A DNA stretch of 64,000 nt from contig OY761158.1 in NCBI GenBank assembly GCA_963664405.1, forward strand, positions 2,688,001-2,752,000. Reading direction: 5' to 3'. Under the pieces are notes generated by a model, which was not told the origin of the DNA, ran no database searches, and worked only from the letters and a program-made list of their open reading frames with translations. The stretch's first letter is position 1. Each line of letters begins with the position of its first letter. This document shows, piece after piece, positions 10,383 to 19,709 of this stretch. The DNA comes from Thermoanaerobaculia bacterium. Its GTDB lineage: Bacteria; Acidobacteriota; Thermoanaerobaculia; Multivoradales; Multivoraceae. A program made the translations under genes and the position numbers.

Positions 10383-12050
10383 TCAAGAAGGCTCTTCGGC
10401 CGCGATCTGTTCCGCCGCTTGGCGCGGCTCCCCACGCTCCACCACCCGGCGCAGACGCGCCTCTACCGCAGCGCGGATATAGGAAACAAAAAGCGGGTGA
10501 GGGTCAAAGGGCTTCGACTTGTACTCGGGATGGAACTGACACCCGAGAAACCAGGGATGATCCGGCACCTCGACCATCTCCACGAATTTGCCATCCGGGC
10601 TGAGGCCCGAGACCACTAAACCGCTGGAGTTCAGATCATCGAGATACTTCTGGTTCACTTCGTAACGGTGACGATGTCGCTCGCTGATCTGTGTCGTGCC
10701 ATAGACGCGATGCGCCAGGGTGCCCTCTTGAATGTCGCAGGGATAGGCGCCGAGTCGCATCGTACCGCCCATTTCTTCGACGCCCAGAAGGTCCCGCAGC
10801 TTGTAGATGATGGGGTCGGCCGCCTCTGGATCGAACTCCGCCGAGGTCGCATCTGCGAGCCCGCAGACATTGCGCGCAAACTCAATCACCATGCACTGCA
10901 GCCCAAGACAGATGCCAAAAAAAGGCACGCGATGCTCGCGAGCGTAAGCGATGGCCCGAATCTTTCCTTCGGTTCCCCGAGAGCCGAAGCCGATGGGCAC
11001 CAGGAGAGCATCGACGTCGAGAAGATCGGTCGACAACCCCCCGGTCTCGATCTCCACCGCATTCAGGTAGACCAGCTCCACCGAGACGTCGTTGGCGATG
11101 CCGCCATGCACCAGGGCTTCATTGAGGCTCTTATAGGCATCAGGAAGCTCGACATATTTGCCGACGATACCGACTCGTACTGCCCCCTTGGGGTTCTTGA
11201 TGCGGTCGAGAAGGCTCTCCCAACGCGAAAGATCTCGCTTGTGCTGGGTCAGATTCAACAGATCGAGAAGGATCTGATCCAAGCCCTCGCTGCAGAAACT
11301 GAGGGGCACCTCATAGACCGAGTCGACATCGCGCGCCGCGATCACATGATCCGGCTCGAGGTTGCAGAACAGAGCGATCTTGGCCTTCAGCTCGCTCGAC
11401 AGAGGGCGGTCGACGCGGCACAGCAGAACATCCGGCGAGATACCGATGGCGCGGAGCTCGCGCACCGAGTGCTGCGTAGGCTTTGTCTTCAGCTCGTCTG
11501 CCGCCGCGATATAGGGCACCAGTGTCAGGTGGAGATTGGCGGCGTTGTTGCGACCCAGCTCCAGGCGAAGCTGCCGAATCGCCTCGAGGAAGGGGAGAGA
11601 CTCGATGTCGCCCACGGTTCCGCCGATCTCGACAATGACCACGTCAACATCGTGGGCCTGGCGCTGCATGGCAGCTTTGATCTCGTCGGTGACATGGGGA
11701 ATCACCTGAACGGTGCTGCCGAGGTAGTCGCCCCTGCGCTCTTTGTTGATCACCGCCTCGTAGATCTTTCCAGTGGTGTAGTTGCTCCCTTTCGAAGTAA
11801 GGGCGTGAGTAAAGCGCTCATAATGACCCAGATCGAGATCTGTCTCGGCGCCGTCGTCGGTCACGAAGACCTCGCCGTGCTGGTAAGGAGACATGGTGCC
11901 GGGGTCGACGTTCACATAAGGGTCGAGCTTCATCAGCGCGACGGAAAACCCCCGCGATTCGAGGATCGCACCGACCGAAGCGGCGGCGACCCCCTTTCCC
12001 AGAGACGAGACCACGCCACCCGTTACGAAGATGTACTTCGTCGCCATCAA
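10383..12050 (-). CDS. pyrG: CTP synthase
   Basis: [39 protein letters not shown] and QFHPE motifs. Confidence 0.98.
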   Translation of the reverse strand: MMATKYIFVTGGVVSSLGKGVAAASVGAILESRGFSVALMKLDPYVNVDPGTMSPYQHGEVFVTDDGAETDLDLGHYERFTHALTSKGSNYTTGKIYEAVINKERRGDYLGSTVQVIPHVTDEIKAAMQRQAHDVDVVIVEIGGTVGDIESLPFLEAIRQLRLELGRNNAANLHLTLVPYIAAADELKTKPTQHSVRELRAIGISPDVLLCRVDRPLSSELKAKIALFCNLEPDHVIAARDVDSVYEVPLSFCSEGLDQILLDLLNLTQHKRDLSRWESLLDRIKNPKGAVRVGIVGKYVELPDAYKSLNEALVHGGIANDVSVELVYLNAVEIETGGLSTDLLDVDALLVPIGFGSRGTEGKIRAIAYAREHRVPFFGICLGLQCMVIEFARNVCGLADATSAEFDPEAADPIIYKLRDLLGVEEMGGTMRLGAYPCDIQEGTLAHRVYGTTQISERHRHRYEVNQKYLDDLNSSGLVVSGLSPDGKFVEMVEVPDHPWFLGCQFHPEYKSKPFDPHPLFVSYIRAAVEARLRRVVERGEPRQAAEQIAAEEPS

Positions 12051-12811
12051 TCTCCTCCTACGACGATCAACCGTTCCACTCGTTTCAGATCTTCGAGAGT
12101 ATCGACTCCCATCGACGGGCGTGCGGCACGCAGCACGCGGATGCGGTAGCCGTTCTCGAGCGCGCGCAGCTGCTCGAGCGACTCGCTCTCTTCCAGCGGT
12201 GAAGGCGGCAACGCGGCGAGCTCGAGCAGCGTCTGCCTCTGGTAGCCATAGACCCCGACGTGAAGCAAGTACGGCGCGTGGCCGACGTTGCGCAGGTAGG
12301 GAACTCGGGACCGGCTGAAGTAAAGAGCGTAGCCCTCACGATCTACCACCACTTTGACCGCATTGGGGTCATCAACCAACTCTTCCGGGCACTCGACCGC
12401 CAGGGTCACGATCGGGTCATCGGGGTGCTCGACCAGATGCTCGATGACCGAGGTCAAGTCGCCGCCATCGACCAGAGGCTCGTCACCTTGCACATTGACT
12501 ACCGCCTGTGCCGCCCAGCTCTTCGCCGCCCAGGCCACCCGGTCGGTGCCGCTGAGACAGTCCTCAGGAGTGAGCTCGCAACAGCCGCCGAACCGCTCGA
12601 CCGCGTCGACGATGCGAGCGTCATCGGTGAGCACGACCACCTGGTCGAAGGCCTCGACGTCACGCACCCGACGGTAGACATGCTCGATCAAAGAGCGCCC
12701 GGCGAGCAGTCTAAGTGCCTTACCCGGCAAGCGGGTAGAACCGTAGCGAGCTGGAATCGCACCTACCACCGAGCGTTCACTTTGAGTTGTTACGGGAGCT
12801 GCAGAGGACAC
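12047..12811 (-). CDS. kdsB: CMP-KDO synthetase
   Basis: [25 protein letters not shown] and [10 protein letters not shown] motifs. The start is uncertain (GTG 12811 vs ATG 12928). Confidence 0.95.
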   Translation of the reverse strand: MSSAAPVTTQSERSVVGAIPARYGSTRLPGKALRLLAGRSLIEHVYRRVRDVEAFDQVVVLTDDARIVDAVERFGGCCELTPEDCLSGTDRVAWAAKSWAAQAVVNVQGDEPLVDGGDLTSVIEHLVEHPDDPIVTLAVECPEELVDDPNAVKVVVDREGYALYFSRSRVPYLRNVGHAPYLLHVGVYGYQRQTLLELAALPPSPLEESESLEQLRALENGYRIRVLRAARPSMGVDTLEDLKRVERLIVVGGD

Positions 12812-12959
12812 GTTCAACTGTACAAGGGTCGGTACCCAGAGTCCAGAGTTCGGCGCTCGGAAATAGCAAATATCACTTCCTAGCGCTGAAGAGCGTGGCG
12901 CGCACCTTGGGAAGCGAGGAAGTTCCATTCCTGGGACCCCTAAATGCTAGTGTCGCCGC

Positions 12960-13991
12960 ATGAGCAACGCGGGGCGCGCATTCCGCCTCGACCGACGCCG
13001 CAGCTTGATTTTGCTGGGGGCTCTGATACTGCTCGGCGCTGCGGAGCGAGGGGTGCGGCCGCTCGTCTCCCGCTTTCTTCTACCGACACGGGGTAGTCAG
13101 TGGATCTGGGCTCCAGGTGGACTCGAGAGTCCCGACGGGCTCGCTTTCTTCGCCGTAGGCGACTTCCACATCGACCGAGCGCCAACAGAAGCGCGGCTGC
13201 AGATCCTGGCGGACGAAGAGTACTTCCTCTTCGTCAATGGCCATCGGATCGGCTCGGGCGCCTATTTTGCCGGAGCGCATCTGGATAGCTACGGGCTCCA
13301 AGGGGAGCTGCGAGCCGGTTGGAACCGAGTCGCGGTCGAGCTGCGAAGCGGGAGGGGCGCCGGTGGACTGCTCGTCACGCTGACCGGCGACGAAGACGAA
13401 ACCCTGCTCTTGAGCGACGGATCTTGGCGCACCTTCTACGACGACGCCGGAGTGGTCGAAGGCTCTCGCCGCCTAGGAGACGGGGTTCCAGTGGTGGTCT
13501 GGCAGTCTCCTCCCACCGGTGGATGGGGGATCCCGCGTATCGGCCCGGATCGCCCCCGGGCCAAGGAACCGTTCCCCCGCTCTCTACCCATGATCTCCCG
13601 AAGTGAGCTGGTAGAGCCGGCAGGAGACGGAGTGAGCCCTCCCATCCCCTTTACCCTCTTTGACTTTGGTGAGCCAAGGGTCGGGCACCTCGTCCTCCAA
13701 GAGTTGCTGAACGAGCCGCGAAGGTTCGAGGTCTCGCTCGGAGCCACCCCAGAAACGATCGACGAAAAATGGACCGTTCTGCTCAGAGAGGGGCAAGGTC
13801 TGTGGCGGCATAGCGAGGCCCGGAGCCTCCGCTACGTCCGCGTCGAAGGCTACCCGATCAAGATGCGGGCGGCACTCATACCAGCTCCCTCCGAGCTCCT
13901 CGCGCAAGACGAGGCGAGGGCGACCCGCCGGCGGATAGGCGTCTTCGGCCTCGACAGGCCCAGCAGAAGCGCCCACCTCGCTCTTCCGTAA
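12960..13991 (+). CDS. Membrane-anchored hypothetical protein resembling the N-terminal beta-domains of GH78 alpha-L-rhamnosidases, with no catalytic domain
   Basis: N-terminal TM segment; QWIW, ADEEYFLFVNG, LRAGWNRVAVE, SDGSWR and FDFG patterns. Confidence 0.5.
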   Translation: MSNAGRAFRLDRRRSLILLGALILLGAAERGVRPLVSRFLLPTRGSQWIWAPGGLESPDGLAFFAVGDFHIDRAPTEARLQILADEEYFLFVNGHRIGSGAYFAGAHLDSYGLQGELRAGWNRVAVELRSGRGAGGLLVTLTGDEDETLLLSDGSWRTFYDDAGVVEGSRRLGDGVPVVVWQSPPTGGWGIPRIGPDRPRAKEPFPRSLPMISRSELVEPAGDGVSPPIPFTLFDFGEPRVGHLVLQELLNEPRRFEVSLGATPETIDEKWTVLLREGQGLWRHSEARSLRYVRVEGYPIKMRAALIPAPSELLAQDEARATRRRIGVFGLDRPSRSAHLALP

Positions 13992-14010
13992 AGACTGTGT
14001 CCCCCACGCA

Positions 14011-14188
14011 CTAGACCAGCGTTTCCAAAGTTCGTGTACATAGGTCGAGGTCATTCTGTTCGCTGGCCAGGCGCGCCGACGCAGGCATATTGGGCAATAT
14101 GTCGAGGAGCGAGGGGGCGCCTAGCCAACGCCGTCAGCGGACAGAAGGGGCCGAGATATGTGCGCGAACTTTGGAAACGCTGGTCTAG
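14011..14188. mobile_element. MITE-like element with 32-bp terminal inverted repeats (including CTAG)
   Basis: 14011-14042 CTAGACCAGCGTTTCCAAAGTTCGTGTACATA is the reverse complement of 14157-14188 with 2 mismatches; no coding capacity; intergenic. Confidence 0.75.
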
Positions 14189-14203
14189 GAGGCGAGGGTC
14201 GAG

Positions 14204-15226
14204 TCAGAAGCGTCGGCGCAGGATGTACTCGGGAGCGTATTCCAGAGCGAAACGGGCCGGCACCGCGGGAAAGATGTCGAGAACCCGACGCGCTTCTTCA
14301 GCCCGAGCTCGAGCCATCGCCTCTACTTCGTCCAGGGTGCCGGCTGAGTGGACCAGCTCGAGAATCTGGTCTGGCCCAACGCGATCGAAGCTGCGGTCTT
14401 CGAGCACCTTCGCGACCAGCCCCCTTTCCTTGGCGCCACTGCGATTGAGGACGAGAATCAGCGGCAGGGTCAGCTTTCCTTCTCGGAGGTCGGTCAGCAC
14501 AGGCTTGCCGAGCTCGTCCTCACTGGCGGTGAAGTCGAGAAGATCGTCGACCAGCTGAAAACAGGTCCCCAACTGCCGGCCATAGGTATGCAGGGCCGCG
14601 CCCGCGCCGTTCGATGACGGAGCAATGAGCGAGGGGATTGACGCGGCAGCGGCAAAGAGGTGGGCCGTTTTCCGGTCGGTGATCTCGAAGTACTCCTCCA
14701 CCGAGATGTCGATCGAACCCAGACGCTCCAAGGTCCACAACTCGCCTTCGATCATCTTCAGAGTCGCTTCACAGAGCCGACGGATCACCTCCAGATTGTT
14801 GTGGACCAGCGCCATTTTCATCGCGGTGGTGTAGATCCAATCGCCGAGAAGAACCGTTCTGCTGTTGCCCCAGAGCTCGTTCACACTGGCCGCGCCCCGT
14901 CGCAGGGTGGCGTGATCGATGATGTCGTCGTGCACCAGGCTGGCGGTGTGGATGAACTCGATCACCGCGGCATAGGTGATCTCCTCCTCGCCGTCATGGC
15001 CAAGCAGCCGTGAGGCGAGGAGTAATAGCGCCGGCCTCACTCGCTTGCCACCGCTCGAAGCGATGTAATCGCCGGCGTTGGCTATGAAGGGGACGTCGGA
15101 TTCGAGATAGCGCCGAAAGACGACCTCGGTAGCCTCCAGCTTGTCATCGACGAGAGCGAGAAACTGCTGCTGGAGACTGGCGAGGTTCTCTTCCTCGCGT
15201 TCAGCCAGAGAAATATCGTGAGACAA
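14204..15226 (-). CDS. Polyprenyl diphosphate synthase (IspB-like)
   Basis: GGKRVRP, LVHDDIID..RRG, FQLVDDLLD and GKP..DLREGK.TLP motifs. Confidence 0.95.
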   Translation of the reverse strand: MSHDISLAEREEENLASLQQQFLALVDDKLEATEVVFRRYLESDVPFIANAGDYIASSGGKRVRPALLLLASRLLGHDGEEEITYAAVIEFIHTASLVHDDIIDHATLRRGAASVNELWGNSRTVLLGDWIYTTAMKMALVHNNLEVIRRLCEATLKMIEGELWTLERLGSIDISVEEYFEITDRKTAHLFAAAASIPSLIAPSSNGAGAALHTYGRQLGTCFQLVDDLLDFTASEDELGKPVLTDLREGKLTLPLILVLNRSGAKERGLVAKVLEDRSFDRVGPDQILELVHSAGTLDEVEAMARARAEEARRVLDIFPAVPARFALEYAPEYILRRRF

Positions 15227-15269
15227 GCGCGAAATCCTTGCCTAGTGTCGCTTTCCGGAAAAGCCCTGT

Positions 15270-16067
15270 TTAGGGTTCAGGTACCGCCTCAAATTCCACC
15301 GTCTGGTACAACTGACCGTCACGAAAGTAGTACGAAACTCCATCAGAGAAGTACCACCAGGTCACTTCTTCGGCACTGCTCAGCTGAAGCCGGTCGACTC
15401 TATCCGGTTTGCCCATCTGATCATAGATTCCTCTCTGGTCCTCGCCAGAGACTGTCATAGAGGGTCCAGGATCGCCCGAGGCCGAGACCGCGTCATCGGT
15501 TGTGGGTTCGGGAGCGGCTGCGGGCCGCGTCGGCGTAACGGCTGGTGACTCGCTCGAGACCTCGGACGAGGCCCTGGGCACTGCCTTGGACGACGCCTTG
15601 GACGGCCCCTCCAGACCCACCGCGACGACCACCGGGCTCCCTTCCAGAATACGCCGGCTGAGATCTACCTCGCCCAGAAGGCGCTCGACCGATGCGCCGT
15701 TCGGCTGCTCACTCACTTCTACCACGTGCACGCGGAAGAAGTTGTAGTAGGGATTCCACTTCCAATCGAAGCTGAAGCGGCCGTTTTCGTCGCTGAGTGT
15801 TGAAACGCGTACAAGACCCTTCCCCTCGGGGCCCCCGCCTTTCTTGGACACCAAGAGATCGATGCGGAGGCCCGCGATCCTGCCTTCCCCGAAGGGGTCG
15901 GAGACCGATCCGGTGACGGTCACCATCGCTCCGCGTTGGTAGGTCTTGGCGGCCGCGGCGGTGGTGGCCGACAGAGCCACCGCTGCCGCGAGAAGAAGCA
16001 GCTTGACGGTGGGATTGGAGCTGCCCAGACGCACTCGATCCTCGGAGGAGACTATATCGCTTACCAA
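15270..16067 (-). CDS. Secreted hypothetical protein with a Pro/Ser-rich linker and a short C-terminal domain
   Basis: Signal peptide-like stretch; coupled to lolA; GKPDRV...WWYF C-terminus. Confidence 0.6.
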   Translation of the reverse strand: MVSDIVSSEDRVRLGSSNPTVKLLLLAAAVALSATTAAAAKTYQRGAMVTVTGSVSDPFGEGRIAGLRIDLLVSKKGGGPEGKGLVRVSTLSDENGRFSFDWKWNPYYNFFRVHVVEVSEQPNGASVERLLGEVDLSRRILEGSPVVVAVGLEGPSKASSKAVPRASSEVSSESPAVTPTRPAAAPEPTTDDAVSASGDPGPSMTVSGEDQRGIYDQMGKPDRVDRLQLSSAEEVTWWYFSDGVSYYFRDGQLYQTVEFEAVPEP

Positions 16068-16708
16068 TCGTCCAACCAGGTGATTCCGTCGGGTGGGTTG
16101 AAGAGACCGGCGACTCCGCCCGCTCGGAACCTGGAGATTCTAAATTCGGTCAGATTGCCCTCAGGATCGAGGTATCGCAAACTCAGGAGCCGGTCGAGGC
16201 CGGCATTGAGACGGAGCGTGGCCTGGGAAACGAGCTCGTTGGGCTCTTTAGGAACGAGAGTAATCTCCACACCGCGACCCGCGCCCGTCGCCACGCTTGC
16301 AGAATAGCGAGCCTCGAGCTCACCGACGGAGACGAGCAGTAGATCGAGGCCCGGCTCTCTCTGCGCGTCGATCTCCGCGACCCGTCCTTCATCCTCCCCG
16401 GGATTCCAGTAGTGAATGACGTCGCCGCAGAGGATGAAGGCCTTCGGGTAGGGCTCGCTGTAGTCCCAGCGCATGCAGTCCGGAAGGGATAAGGCGAGCC
16501 GACCCGACTCCTCCTCACCGGTGGAGAATCCCTCGGGTACGAAGCTCTGGGTGAACTCGGCGGTAAAGGGGCTCTGCTCACTCAGATTGCCCCGAAACTC
16601 AGCCAGAACCGACCAGGGATCCTCGGCGCCACAGAGAGTAGACGCCAAGAGCAAGTGCAGGGCCCCTCCGACAGCGGCGGCTTTCAATGTCCCTGGCTTT
16701 CGAGCCAA
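16061..16708 (-). CDS. lolA: Outer-membrane lipoprotein carrier LolA-like protein
   Basis: [30 protein letters not shown] and LFNPPDG motifs. Confidence 0.8.
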   Translation of the reverse strand: MARKPGTLKAAAVGGALHLLLASTLCGAEDPWSVLAEFRGNLSEQSPFTAEFTQSFVPEGFSTGEEESGRLALSLPDCMRWDYSEPYPKAFILCGDVIHYWNPGEDEGRVAEIDAQREPGLDLLLVSVGELEARYSASVATGAGRGVEITLVPKEPNELVSQATLRLNAGLDRLLSLRYLDPEGNLTEFRISRFRAGGVAGLFNPPDGITWLDDW

Positions 16709-17280
16709 GCCGTGATCGCGGCGTCATAGGCCTGCGTATGACCAAAGGCCTTCAATGCCAGTCGCTGGCGAAGGCTCTCCGGGACCACTAGATCTCCCTC
16801 ACGAAGTGCCCCGAGAACCGTCGGATAGTCGCTCGGATCGACCACGACTGCAACGCCGGCGTGGTTCTTGGCGGCGGCGCGAGCCATACAGGGTCCGCCG
16901 ATGTCGATGTTCTCGATGATCTCCAGGGGCGTCGCCCCCTCACGGGCAACCGTCTGCTGGAAGGGGTAGAGGTTCACCGCGACGATATCGATCGGCACAA
17001 TCCCCTGCTGCTCGAGCTCTTCCAGGTGAGCGGGCTTCGAGCGATCGGCAAGGATGCCGCCGTGGATCTTGGGGTGGAGTGTCTTAACCCTCCCTTCGAG
17101 GATCTCGGGAGAGCCCGTGACATCGGCTACCGCCATCGCCTCGACACCGCCTTCGCGCAGATGGCGCAGAGTTCCTCCGGTCGAGATCACTTCGATGCCG
17201 AGGTCGTTCAGACCCTTGGCGAACTCCGCCACCCCGGTCTTATCCGACACCGAAACCAGCGCCCGTCGAGCTTGTAGCAT
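16684..17280 (-). CDS. purH: Stand-alone IMP cyclohydrolase domain of PurH (no AICAR transformylase half)
   Basis: [42 protein letters not shown] and YDAAI motifs, then a stop at 198 aa. Confidence 0.85.
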   Translation of the reverse strand: MLQARRALVSVSDKTGVAEFAKGLNDLGIEVISTGGTLRHLREGGVEAMAVADVTGSPEILEGRVKTLHPKIHGGILADRSKPAHLEELEQQGIVPIDIVAVNLYPFQQTVAREGATPLEIIENIDIGGPCMARAAAKNHAGVAVVVDPSDYPTVLGALREGDLVVPESLRQRLALKAFGHTQAYDAAITAWLESQGH

Positions 17281-17308
17281 GAGATCTCCCGTTAGAAAGT
17301 CGGTGCGC

Positions 17309-18067
17309 TCAGTGGAGGCGCGGGACCTTGATCAGACGGTCAACGGACTGCGGCAGACGGGGTACAGGATCGGCGCCCCCGGCCTCGAGCCACACCAGGC
17401 GCAGCATCGCCACCGCATCGGTGAGAGCGCGGCTGAAAGAGACCGCGGCGACACCGAAAGCTGTGGAGCGGTCATCGAAAGCACCCACGCCGGAGCGGCC
17501 GCCGATGCGGCTGTACTCGTGCCCTATGAACGGATAGAGAGCACGAGAGCGCTGCAAGGTTCGCTGCACGAAGGCGGGCACCGTCTCGATGCCATCGAGA
17601 CGCTCGTCCACTCCGTAGAAGGCGACGGCGAATCGAGGCTCTGCGCTCGACACATAGCGAACGAAGTCGTCGGCGTACTTACTCTCGGCAGGATCGGCGG
17701 TCGAGGTCCGCAGCGGGTAGTTGGCGTCATTGAGGTAATGAACCAGCACACCAAGCTGTTCGACGACATCCTCGAACGGTCGGTGCCCCACGATATAGCT
17801 GACAGCGCGCTGCGCCTCCTGACCGATCACGAGGTCGAGGCTACCGCTGCCGTCCGCGTTCTTTTCATGCCTTCGCTCGTCAGAATCATCGAACGGCGCT
17901 ATCAGCCCATCGCGGAAGGCGAGCTTGTGGCGAAGAATTTGGCGATAGAGATCGGGGGGTGCGAGGCGAGCCGCTTCCCAGCCGATCTGCACCTGATTCT
18001 CCTTGCTCCACGCCGAGAGCGGCGTCGGCAGAAGGAGAACGAGCAGTAGGATAGTTCGTGGAGTCAT
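17309..18067 (-). CDS. Secreted hypothetical protein with a degenerate phospholipase C / S1-P1 nuclease-like pattern
   Basis: Signal peptide followed by W; [13 protein letters not shown] resembles H..D...P.H. Confidence 0.45.
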   Translation of the reverse strand: MTPRTILLLVLLLPTPLSAWSKENQVQIGWEAARLAPPDLYRQILRHKLAFRDGLIAPFDDSDERRHEKNADGSGSLDLVIGQEAQRAVSYIVGHRPFEDVVEQLGVLVHYLNDANYPLRTSTADPAESKYADDFVRYVSSAEPRFAVAFYGVDERLDGIETVPAFVQRTLQRSRALYPFIGHEYSRIGGRSGVGAFDDRSTAFGVAAVSFSRALTDAVAMLRLVWLEAGGADPVPRLPQSVDRLIKVPRLH

Positions 18068-18104
18068 ACTGTCGGGTCGTTAAATTAGCAGAGAAGAGGC
18101 CTCG

Positions 18105-18350
18105 ATGGACCCCCGAGACGCTACGATCATTGAGAGACTGGACACCCGCGGCACATTTTGTCCGGTGCCGATCCTGCTAACAGCGCGTCGAATCAAGCTT
18201 CTGCCACCGGGTGAACGGCTGGAGGTCCTCGGCGACGATCCCGGGATCCTCGAAGACATGCCGGTCTGGTGTCAGGAGACGGGCAATACTTTGGTGGCTA
18301 TCAAGCACGAACAAGGCGAGATATGCTGCGTCGTCGAAAAGGCGGGGTAA
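18105..18350 (+). CDS. tusA: TusA/SirA family sulfur carrier
   Basis: LDTRGTFCPVP and DDPG..EDMP.WC motifs. Confidence 0.88.
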   Translation: MDPRDATIIERLDTRGTFCPVPILLTARRIKLLPPGERLEVLGDDPGILEDMPVWCQETGNTLVAIKHEQGEICCVVEKAG

Positions 18351-18402
18351 AGCTCACCGATGCTTGACTCCCGTTGCGGTCGCTGCTACAAATCGCGCCC
18401 AT

Positions 18403-18478
18403 GCCCAGGTAGCTCAGTCGGTAGAGCACGTGACTGAAAATCACGGTGTCGGTGGTTCGATTCCGCCCCTGGGCACCA
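18403..18478 (+). tRNA. tRNA-Phe (anticodon GAA)
   Basis: GCCCAGG...CCTGGGC-A-CCA; anticodon arm CGTGA-CTGAAAA-TCACG. Confidence 0.97.
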
Positions 18479-18582
18479 CGATCTAAAGGACTTAGAAGCC
18501 GACACCAAGCCCGTCTCGAAAGTCCAGCAATCAGATAGCAATCAGGATTTTCTGATTCGCCTGTTGGGGCGGATGTTTTGTT

Positions 18583-18616
18583 TTTTGTTTTGGTCCGGAT
18601 GAGGACCAAAACAAAA
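18583..18616. repeat. Perfect 14-bp inverted repeat (terminator or binding site)
   Basis: TTTTGTTTTGGTCC-GGATGA-GGACCAAAACAAAA. Confidence 0.7.
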
Positions 18617-18930
18617 GCAAGATCGGCCGTAGCGAGTTCCTTCTGCTCTCGAACCGGGTTCGGACCGGCACGCTCCAAGGATTCGAGGAGGTGCTGGGGA
18701 GCGTCGGTCGGGACGAGGTGGACGCCCCGAAGGCTCCGGCGAGCGTCGACTCCCACTCGTCTCAGCGGTCCTCGGACCGGTACGCGCCACGCCCCCGCTC
18801 ACGGAAAGTCGTCCACCAGGATCTCTTCAAACCCGGCACGGAAACCTCGACAGGGATCCCTGTCCCTACCAGAAACTCCATCCGCGCAGCAGTTTCGGAC
18901 GTCACACTTGCCAGGAGTATCCTTGGTGTG

Positions 18931-19706
18931 ATGATTCGTCTTCTAGGAGTATTGCTTCGCTCAGTAGTGGCGGCACTCCAGACTCGCCGCCAGCTCGCCC
19001 TCGAAAACCTGGCTCTTCGGCAGCAGCTCTCAGTGCTTCTGTCGGCGCGGCGGCCGTCTTTGACCAACCTCGATCGGGTCTTCTGGACCATTCTCCGGCG
19101 CCGATGGAGTCATTGGACGCACGCGCTCGTGATCGTGCAGCCCGAGACCGTCGTCCGCTGGCACCGGCAGGGATTCAGGCTGTACTGGCGATGGAAGAGC
19201 CGAAATGGCAGCGCTGGACGGCCGAAGATAGACCCGGAGGCCCGAGCCTTGGTTAGAAGGATGAGCTTGGCCAACCCGTTCTGGGGCGCACCGAGGATTC
19301 ATGGCGAGCTCCTCAAGCTAGGGATCGAGATCTCGGAGACGACGGTCGCCAAGTACATGCCGAGGTCGCGCCGGCCACCCTCTCAGTCCTGGCGAGCATT
19401 TCTGGACAACCATCTCAAGGATCTGGTCTCAATCGACTTCTTCACGATCCCCTCGGCGACATTCCACGTCCTTTTCGTCCTCATCGTCCTCCGCCACGAC
19501 CGCCGGCGCATCCTTCACTTCAACGTTACCGAGCATCCCACCGCGGAGTGGACCGCCCAGCAGATGGTTGAAGCGTTTCCTTGGGACACAGCACCGCGCT
19601 ATCTCCTCCACGATCGCGATGCGGTTTTCGGAAACAACTTCCGGTCGCGTGTGGCTGGGCTCGGAATGGCCGAGGTGCTCATAGCACCACGATCGCCTTG
19701 GCAGAA
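18931..19706 (+). pseudogene. rve-type DDE transposase, 5' part (to ...PRSPWQ)
   Basis: LENLALRQQL, VQPETVVRWHR, WGAPRIHGELLKLG, SIDFF and LHDRD motifs; joins 23062-23311 to give a 341-aa ORF. Confidence 0.9.
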
Positions 19707-19709
19707 GGG

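Noticed and set aside
18620-18860. Possible tyrosine-integrase C-terminal remnant next to tRNA-Phe
   Set aside because: No convincing H-x-x-R / LGH / Y motifs in any frame I could read.
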